This document shows positions 57,618 through 64,000 of a stretch of DNA of 64,000 nt, one piece after another (within the stretch, counting starts at the first letter, position 1; the number at the start of each line of letters is the position of its first letter). Location of the stretch: the NCBI GenBank assembly GCA_965223855.1, contig CBDCXM010000009.1, positions 1,152,001 to 1,216,000 on the forward strand, given 5' to 3'. The notes under the pieces are model-generated. The model searched no databases, was not told the origin of the DNA, and saw only the letters and a program-made list of their open reading frames with translations. Position numbers and translations under genes: made by a program. The stretch comes from Candidatus Multivoradales bacterium. Its GTDB lineage: Bacteria; Acidobacteriota; Thermoanaerobaculia; Multivoradales; JAHEKO01.

Positions 57618-58574
57618 CTACCGACCCGAGGAAGAGACGACGAGGCCTCCTTCCAGGACCTCGAACTCCTGCCACACAGACCACTTGCGCGCGCACTCGG
57701 GGTCGTAGGGCCGAACCCGCACCTGGAAGATGCCCGGGCCGGTGTTGGTGCGTGTCGCGGAGAGGACGATCGTCAGGGGGAAGTTGCGAGCGGCGGCGAC
57801 GGTGACCAGGCCCGGGAGCGGTGTGAATCTCCGCCCCTCCAGCTTCTCCCACTCGATCTCGACGAGCTCGGGCCGCGGGTCTCGATCGAGCTGTTGGAAG
57901 TCGAGCTGGAACGATGCGATCTCGCCGACCTTGTACTGCTCGTTCGCGGGTGGGGAGGAGACCATCAGCGCCGGGATCCGTTCCGGGGTGCAGACCTCCT
58001 CGGCGATCGGCGGTGGGAACGCCTCGACCGGCGGCAGCGCGGCCGGCTCCTGAGACGGGGCGCAATTCTCCTCTACCGGATGTTCGGCGAGATCGGCCTC
58101 GGAGAAGAGCAATCTCGCGACCGGCTTCGCCTCCTTCGCGGCATCGAGAAAGGCGATCGGCAGGGGTGAGATCGTCGTATGGAAGTCGGCGTCGCTGCAC
58201 GTCGCTGCGGCGTCGGTGAACGGGTCGAGATCGCAGGTGGCCGAGAACCAGATCTCTCCGGGCCCGACCTGGTACTGGTTGAGGATCGGGCGCACGGAGT
58301 AGGTTTCGCCGACGCTGCCGCCGTCGGCCTTCCAGCTGAGAGTGCCCTCGATGAAGTGCACGCCGTACGGGCTCTTGCAGTAGCCCTCGACCTGGTACGA
58401 GGACTTGAACCCCGGGCAGCGGTACGCCTCGATGACGTCGAACCCGCAGTAGTTGGAGACCGCTTCGATTCGCGAGAGATCGTGCCCCAGAAGGAGGCAC
58501 CCCTGCACGGTCAGGCCGAGAGCGCCGACAAGGACCGCGCCGGCGAGCCGAGGTGACGATCTCGAGAGATTCAT
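57618..58574 (-). CDS. Cys-rich putative lipoprotein, function unknown
   Basis: VQGC lipobox-like motif, multiple Cys, Ig-like C-terminus; ATGA overlap with the upstream gene. Confidence 0.65.
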   Translation of the reverse strand: MNLSRSSPRLAGAVLVGALGLTVQGCLLLGHDLSRIEAVSNYCGFDVIEAYRCPGFKSSYQVEGYCKSPYGVHFIEGTLSWKADGGSVGETYSVRPILNQYQVGPGEIWFSATCDLDPFTDAAATCSDADFHTTISPLPIAFLDAAKEAKPVARLLFSEADLAEHPVEENCAPSQEPAALPPVEAFPPPIAEEVCTPERIPALMVSSPPANEQYKVGEIASFQLDFQQLDRDPRPELVEIEWEKLEGRRFTPLPGLVTVAAARNFPLTIVLSATRTNTGPGIFQVRVRPYDPECARKWSVWQEFEVLEGGLVVSSSGR

Positions 58575-58870
58575 CCTTCGGTCGTCGACTCTGTCTCGAG
58601 CCGGACACCACCGGCCCACTTGAGACCGAAGTTCGTCAGCCAGGTGAGGATGAGCATGCCGACGAAGCCGACGAGCCCGTAGCCGATCGGCAGAAAGAGG
58701 ATCGCGCCGAAGCCGAGGATTCCTCCGAGGGCGCCGGCTTCGCCTCCGGCGGCCTGGCCGCCGACGAGCGCGAGGAGAGTCAGTAGCAAACCGGACACCA
58801 GGCCGACGAGAACGTAGGTGATGCCGACGACCTTGGCGACGGAGACAGGGTCAAAACGGGTGATACGCAT
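58571..58870 (-). CDS. Small 2-TM membrane protein (DUF3566-like)
   Basis: ITRFDPVSVAKV, two TMs, C-terminal GGVRLE; AAGGAG RBS. Confidence 0.72.
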   Translation of the reverse strand: MRITRFDPVSVAKVVGITYVLVGLVSGLLLTLLALVGGQAAGGEAGALGGILGFGAILFLPIGYGLVGFVGMLILTWLTNFGLKWAGGVRLETESTTEG

Positions 58871-58948
58871 GGGGGCTCCTTTCAGGCGGCTCGGCTCCAT
58901 GCCGAGCCCGGTTGTAGCGATGGACTTGTGGTGCTGCACTCAGAAGGG

Positions 58949-58975
58949 GAAACGCCGGCGCCGGCCCGAGCGCAC
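58949..58975 (-). promoter_or_regulatory. Putative ECF sigma promoter, copy 3
   Basis: Minus strand GTGCG ctcgggccggcgcc GGCGTTTC upstream of the gene starting at 58870. Confidence 0.7.
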
Positions 58976-58976
58976 G

Positions 58977-59714
58977 CTAGTCGTTGCCGAAGGCGGCCTC
59001 CCACCAGCGCGGCCGGATCCAGCCCAGGCTGAAGTGGAGCGTCTCGGTCAGGTAGGACCGACCGTCCTCCTCGATCCGGTAGTCGACGACGACGCTCCCT
59101 CTTCCCTGGGGAATCGTGAAGGCGGCGACCAGGCTCTCGCGTTGGTTCCAGTCGGCCGGAAACCACCGCTCGAGGTGGCGGTCGCTCGCGCGAGTCCAGA
59201 GCGGGTCGAGCCGTTGCCCGTCGACCCTCCACACCACGTCCGTCGGGTAGAGCACCCGCTGGTCGTGGAACGTGCGCGAGCTGTACGGGCGCGGTGGATC
59301 CTCGAAGCGCCACAGCACGGCCCAGACCTCTGGTGCGGCGAGCTTGCGGGCCTCCTCGAGGTCGATCGCTTTACAGCCACGACTGCGCCCCATCAGGTAG
59401 AGGCGCAGGTAGGGGGTCAGTAGCACCCCGTGCGCGTTCCGGGCGCCGGTTCGGGCGAGGTAGAGCGGGCCGGGGAAGTCGAAGTTCCCGTCCGCTCCGC
59501 GGTAGAGCTCGAAGCGCTCGGCTCGATCGCAGCCTCGATGGACGGCCTGGACGATGGCATCGTCGGTCCAGGGCTCTCCAGCGACGGCGGGGAGAGAGAC
59601 GGCCGCCAGGGCGACGAGCACCTGGACGGGATGCCACAGCGGCGACGAAGAAGCTGCACAGGCCTGCAAGGAAGGTCTCCTCTCGATTGCGAGGCGCCCC
59701 GTTGCGCCGCGCAT
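58977..59714 (-). CDS. Secreted hypothetical protein
   Basis: Hydrophobic signal-like segment VLVALAAVSLPAVA followed by a Trp/Arg-rich domain; start codon uncertain. Confidence 0.6.
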   Translation of the reverse strand: MRGATGRLAIERRPSLQACAASSSPLWHPVQVLVALAAVSLPAVAGEPWTDDAIVQAVHRGCDRAERFELYRGADGNFDFPGPLYLARTGARNAHGVLLTPYLRLYLMGRSRGCKAIDLEEARKLAAPEVWAVLWRFEDPPRPYSSRTFHDQRVLYPTDVVWRVDGQRLDPLWTRASDRHLERWFPADWNQRESLVAAFTIPQGRGSVVVDYRIEEDGRSYLTETLHFSLGWIRPRWWEAAFGND

Positions 59715-59719
59715 ACAGA

Positions 59720-59746
59720 GAAACGCCGCGTCTGCCGCGCCCGCAC
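59720..59746 (-). promoter_or_regulatory. Putative ECF sigma promoter, copy 4
   Basis: Minus strand GTGCG ggcgcggcagacgc GGCGTTTC, ending 5 nt before the ATG at 59714. Confidence 0.7.
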
Positions 59747-59770
59747 GCAGAACCGGGCGGCTGCTGCCGG

Positions 59771-61138
59771 TCAGTCGTCGTGGCGGCGGGGAAGAACCCT
59801 CTGCAGGAGCAGGGCGGCCAGCCCGCCGGTGATCAGTCCGGCGCCGAAGATCTCCTGGGCCCATCCCGGTAGCTTTCCCAAAGCGTCGGGCCGCAGCTCG
59901 ATGCCGAGACCGAGACCGATCGACACCGCCATGATCACGAGCGTTCGTTGATTCCACGCCTCACCCTCGTGCACCATCCGCGCGCCGCTGGTGAAGATCA
60001 TGGCAAACAGCACCAGTCCGGCGCCGCCGATCACCGACGCCGGGATCGCGGCAAAGAGCGCACCGAACTTGGGGACGAGCCCCATCAGGCAGAGCAGCCC
60101 TCCGGTGACGGCGGTGACGTGGCGGCTCGCCACGCCGGTGAAATTCACGAGGCCGACGTTCTGCGAGTAGGAGGTGTTGGGAAAGGCGCTCCAGACGGCG
60201 GCCAGTGCGCTCATGACGCCGTCGGCCAGGAGGCCCCCTCGAAGCTCCCGAGTGGTCGGCTCGCGACCCGCGACGGCCAGTGTGCCGGCGATGTCGCCGA
60301 GTGTCTCCATCGTCGAGACGACGTAGAGGAAGGCGACGACCACGATCGGCTGCCAGTGGAACTCGAGGCCGAAAGTCAGCGGGCGCGGCAGAGACCACCA
60401 GTCGGCTTCGGTCACAGCGCCGAGATCGAAACGGCCGAGGGCCAGTGCCACGCCGCAGCCGAGAGCGATGGCGAGGAAGATGCTGCCGTAGCTGGCGAAG
60501 CCGCGGCCCCACTGCTGGAGAGCGACGGCGGCGACCAGGACGAGCGCGGCGACGCCCAGGTGGAGTGGGTCGCCGTAGTCGGCGGCACCGATGCCGCCCG
60601 CCGCGAAGTCGACCCCCACCGGGATCAGGGTGAGCCCGATCAGCATGACGACGATGCCGTTGACCAGCGGCGGGAACCAGTGGCGCACCCGCTTCAGACC
60701 GAGTCCCAGCACGACCTCGACGCTCGCCGCAGCCAGACAGGCGCCGAAGACCGTCGGCAGCCCGTACTGCCGGCCGACGGCGATCAGCGCGCCGGCGAAG
60801 GCGACGGAGGTTCCCATGACGATCGGGATCCGTCCGCCGATCGGACCTACGGGAAAAGCCTGGACGATCGTCGCCAGCCCTGCCATCACCAGCACCATCT
60901 GCACCAGCACCGCGGTGTCCGCAGGCGAGACGCCGATGCCGCGGGCGATGATCAGCGGCACCGCGACGTTCGACAGGATCATCGCCACCAGGTGCTGAAG
61001 GCCCAGTGGCAGCGCCTCCCGCAGAGGAGGCCGGTCGTCGAGGCCGTAGACGACTCGCGACGGCGAGGGAGAGTTGCTGGTGTCGATGGGGCCGATGTTA
61101 GCGGCGCGGCTGGAGGGCGGGTACCGGCCCGGCGTCAC
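59771..61138 (-). CDS. NCS2/NAT xanthine/uric acid permease
   Basis: GLQH, MGTS, FPPLV.G, ETLGD, DG, signature SYSQNVGLVNFTGVASR; start codon uncertain. Confidence 0.9.
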   Translation of the reverse strand: MTPGRYPPSSRAANIGPIDTSNSPSPSRVVYGLDDRPPLREALPLGLQHLVAMILSNVAVPLIIARGIGVSPADTAVLVQMVLVMAGLATIVQAFPVGPIGGRIPIVMGTSVAFAGALIAVGRQYGLPTVFGACLAAASVEVVLGLGLKRVRHWFPPLVNGIVVMLIGLTLIPVGVDFAAGGIGAADYGDPLHLGVAALVLVAAVALQQWGRGFASYGSIFLAIALGCGVALALGRFDLGAVTEADWWSLPRPLTFGLEFHWQPIVVVAFLYVVSTMETLGDIAGTLAVAGREPTTRELRGGLLADGVMSALAAVWSAFPNTSYSQNVGLVNFTGVASRHVTAVTGGLLCLMGLVPKFGALFAAIPASVIGGAGLVLFAMIFTSGARMVHEGEAWNQRTLVIMAVSIGLGLGIELRPDALGKLPGWAQEIFGAGLITGGLAALLLQRVLPRRHDD

Positions 61139-63998
61139 CGGAGAGGACGAAGCCCGCCCAGTAGTAGGGGTGCCTCGTCCCCTCGAGTTCCGGATCCTCG
61201 CTGCCGAGGCCCAGCCTCGTAGAGCCTCGGCTCAGGACACCGGCTCCGCCGGGGAGCGCTTCGCCGGAGAGAGCCGCCAGCTGAACGCTGCGAAGAGCCT
61301 CGGCTCGACCGGCACCGGACATGAGCTGGCGGTACCACGAGGCCATCAACTCGCGGGTTGCGACATCGTCGATCTGCCACAGGGTCGTCAACTGGCTGCG
61401 TGAGCCGGCCAACAGGAGCGCCCGGCGCAGGCCGAAGACCCCCTGGCCGTCCCGCACCTCCCCTTTGCCGGTCTCGCACGCCGAAAGCGCGACGATCTCG
61501 GTACCCGCCAGATCGAGATCGAGCATCTCGAGGGCGGTCAGCACGCCGTCGTCGGTTCCGTCCTCGCGGCTGCCTCGCTCGTTGAAGCCGGCGAGCGCGA
61601 GCCCCGAGGCGGTCAGCGAGTCGAACGAGCGTCCATCCGCGCGTGGCGGGGCGTCGGGTGGCGGCGGCGGGGCGACGGTGTCGGTGGCGAGAAAGAAGCC
61701 GTGGGTCGCCAGGTGGAGGACCGCCGGCGCTCTTGCGGTCCGCAGTGCCGCCTCGCTGGCCTCGGCGCCGGCGAGGGTCACGGGCCCGAGGGCGGCCATC
61801 AGGGCGGAGATCTCGCGCACCTCGCCGGCCGTGCCCGGAAGCTCGGCGAAGCTGACCGCCCCGAGAGGGTCTCCGTCGGTCGTTCCTCCACCTTCGCCGA
61901 AGTCGATGCCGCCCATCAGAAGGGGCGCGCTCTGCGGTCTCGACTCGGTTCGGCGCGCCAGGTCTCGACCGCTCGTCAGGAGGGTGATCTCGAAGGTCTC
62001 GACCAGGTAGCGCCCGTCCTCGTCGACCAGCGCGGCAAAGGGCACCAGATGCAACACGCCGTCGGGGGCGATCAGCAGCCGGGTGCGATCCTCCAGGAAC
62101 GGGCGGAGAGGCTCGAAGGCGAGCCTCGACAGCGCCGCACCGAGGGCACGGACGTCATGGCGGATGTTGCCGACAGATTCAGCGAACGCGAGGGCCGCTT
62201 CGTCGATGACGTCGGCGGGCCCGAGGTCGACGGCCCTCACGCCGCCGAGAGCGTCGAGCACGTAGGCGGCGTAGCGTCGCGTTCCGTGGCGCCTCCCCGG
62301 CGCCGCCTCGAAGTCGACCGGCCAGTAGCCGACGAACTCGACCAGTGCGGTTCCACGTCCCAGCCCCCGCGTTACCTGCTCCACGGTGACGCTGGTTCGT
62401 TCGACGGGTACGAGTTCCGACAGGTCCCCTGCCATGCGCTCGATCGCGGCGTCGACGATGGCGATGTCGCGACGGTGCTTTCGCTCCGAGGAGTCGAGGC
62501 GCGCCCGACGGGCTCTGAGGTCGGCGAGCCGTTTCTGGATGTCCCGGGCCTGAACGCCGAGACCATCGTGGAAGAGCGAACGTGCTGCGGCCTCGACGTC
62601 GAGCGGCCTCCCCTTGCGGCGAAGGATCGCGCTCAGCGCGATCCGAGCCGCCCGTGGATCGTCGCTTCGGTGCAGCAGGTGCAAGTCGACCGCCCAGTTG
62701 GCAGTGCTCCGCCCCTGCTCCAGGAAGAGTCGCTTTTCGGCATCGGTGCCCTGTGAGAGGACGTCGATGAGCAGGGCCTCCTCACTCTCCAGGCTCTTCT
62801 CGAGCGCATCGAGCGCGCCGTCGAGGTCGCCGGTTCGCTGGGCGAGGATCGCCAGATTGACCTGGCTCACCCGGGCGAGGGCCGCTCCGCGAGCCGTCTG
62901 GGCCGCCAGCACGTCCTGGTAGAGCGCCCGCGCCGCCTCGAAGTCGCCCGAGTCGGCGAGCAGCGTCGCCAGGTTCATGCGCGCGATGTCGCTGTCCGGG
63001 TCGTCGAGCCCCTGCTCGGCGACCTGGCGGCTTGCGGCTTCGCGCGCGCGCGCCAGAGCCTTCTGCTCGCTGCCCTCCAGCCAGTCGAGGGCGGCCAGGT
63101 TGTTGAGCACCTGAGCTGCGTAGGAGCCGTCGGGCTGAGCGTCGAGGATCGGCAGCACCGCTTCGAACTCCGATCGTGCTTCGCTGCGGCGGCCGAGCTG
63201 CTGGAGGATCGAGGCGCGGTTCGAGCGCGCGATTGCCGCCTGGATCGAAGTCGGTCCGGCGGCGGTCTCCAGCGTCTCCACCGCCCGGTCGGCGCGCTCG
63301 AGCGCGCTCTCGAAGTCGCCCACGGCGTGCAGCAGGGTGGCAAGGTTGTCGTAGCTCTTGCCGAGTTCCTCCGGTGGCGTGAGTGGGTTGCGTTCCGAGA
63401 TCGACAGCGAGCGCTCGAGGTACGCGCGCGCCCGCGAGAAGTCGCCGCGGTCGCGCAGCAGCAGACCGAAGTTGTTGAGCGTCACCCCGGTCAACGGGTC
63501 GATCGGGCCGAGCTTCTCCTCCCGCACCGCGAGGGTGCGCTCGAACTCGCGCCCGGCCTCGTCCCACTCGCCGATCTCGTAGAGCAGTCCGGCGAGTTGA
63601 TGGCGGTAGGTCGCCGTCTCCTCGTGATCCGGTCCCAGCAGACGCTCGAACGATAGAACCACGCGCCGTGCGAGCGGCACTGCCTCCGCCGGCCGGCCCG
63701 CGTCGCCCAGGGCCAAGGCGAGGAAGGAGGCGGTCATCAACGCCTCGGGGTCGTCCGGGTCGCCCGCGCGGTCGAAGGTCGCGAGCGCCGCCTGGTAGAG
63801 CGGGATCGCACGATCCGGGTCGCCCAACTGCCAGTGGAGCTGGGCGAGTGCCGAGGCGGCTCCGGCAGTCAACTCGTGCTCGGCGCCGACGGCGTCCGTC
63901 AGATGATCGAACACGATCGCCGCCAGCTCGCGGGCCGCGTCGAGGTCGCCGAGCGCCCGGTGCACATTCACCAGCAGGACGGCGCACGCCGTCGCGTC
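61098..63998 (-). CDS. TPR + CHAT (caspase-like) domain protein (5'-truncated by window edge)
   Basis: Kinesin-light-chain-type TPRs; IAPDG.L..VPF.AL, LHLATHGF, LSACETG, LWQIDD, HPYYWAGF. Confidence 0.92.
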   Translation of the reverse strand, partial: DATACAVLLVNVHRALGDLDAARELAAIVFDHLTDAVGAEHELTAGAASALAQLHWQLGDPDRAIPLYQAALATFDRAGDPDDPEALMTASFLALALGDAGRPAEAVPLARRVVLSFERLLGPDHEETATYRHQLAGLLYEIGEWDEAGREFERTLAVREEKLGPIDPLTGVTLNNFGLLLRDRGDFSRARAYLERSLSISERNPLTPPEELGKSYDNLATLLHAVGDFESALERADRAVETLETAAGPTSIQAAIARSNRASILQQLGRRSEARSEFEAVLPILDAQPDGSYAAQVLNNLAALDWLEGSEQKALARAREAASRQVAEQGLDDPDSDIARMNLATLLADSGDFEAARALYQDVLAAQTARGAALARVSQVNLAILAQRTGDLDGALDALEKSLESEEALLIDVLSQGTDAEKRLFLEQGRSTANWAVDLHLLHRSDDPRAARIALSAILRRKGRPLDVEAAARSLFHDGLGVQARDIQKRLADLRARRARLDSSERKHRRDIAIVDAAIERMAGDLSELVPVERTSVTVEQVTRGLGRGTALVEFVGYWPVDFEAAPGRRHGTRRYAAYVLDALGGVRAVDLGPADVIDEAALAFAESVGNIRHDVRALGAALSRLAFEPLRPFLEDRTRLLIAPDGVLHLVPFAALVDEDGRYLVETFEITLLTSGRDLARRTESRPQSAPLLMGGIDFGEGGGTTDGDPLGAVSFAELPGTAGEVREISALMAALGPVTLAGAEASEAALRTARAPAVLHLATHGFFLATDTVAPPPPPDAPPRADGRSFDSLTASGLALAGFNERGSREDGTDDGVLTALEMLDLDLAGTEIVALSACETGKGEVRDGQGVFGLRRALLLAGSRSQLTTLWQIDDVATRELMASWYRQLMSGAGRAEALRSVQLAALSGEALPGGAGVLSRGSTRLGLGSEDPELEGTRHPYYWAGFVLSGDAGPVPALQPRR

Positions 63999-64000
63999 CG

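Noticed and set aside
61098-63998. CHAT protein as a CRISPR-associated or anti-phage effector
   Set aside because: No cas or defence genes on the visible side and the N-terminus is outside the window; TPR-CHAT proteins are common.

Overview
A gene-dense, very GC-rich bacterial window of about 45 CDS. I found no tRNA, rRNA, CRISPR array or transposase. Gene content and C-terminal motifs (IF/VFxDGFE, PVELxxFxVE, LRxLGY) suggest Acidobacteriota, Thermoanaerobaculia-like; this is an inference. Main modules: (1) a class II photolyase plus an FeS-type cryptochrome/photolyase operon; (2) a CQNC TonB receptor with TlpA behind a palindromic operator; (3) exported hydrolases, a B12 radical SAM gene and a membrane wHTH regulator; (4) a cyanophycin locus iadA-cphB-cphA followed by a CphA paralog missing the ATP-grasp domain; (5) a translationally coupled Mo-hydroxylase operon with amidase, FdrA and DUF1116 genes inserted between its subunits; (6) an ECF sigma factor with two paralogous membrane Ser/Thr kinase-beta-propeller receptors. 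The best candidate for an undescribed system is module 6. Four exact copies of GTGCG-N14-GGCGTTTC sit in intergenic DNA, each oriented toward a small uncharacterised envelope gene, which suggests a self-contained kinase-controlled ECF regulon. All calls come from reading motifs by eye; no database searches were run.
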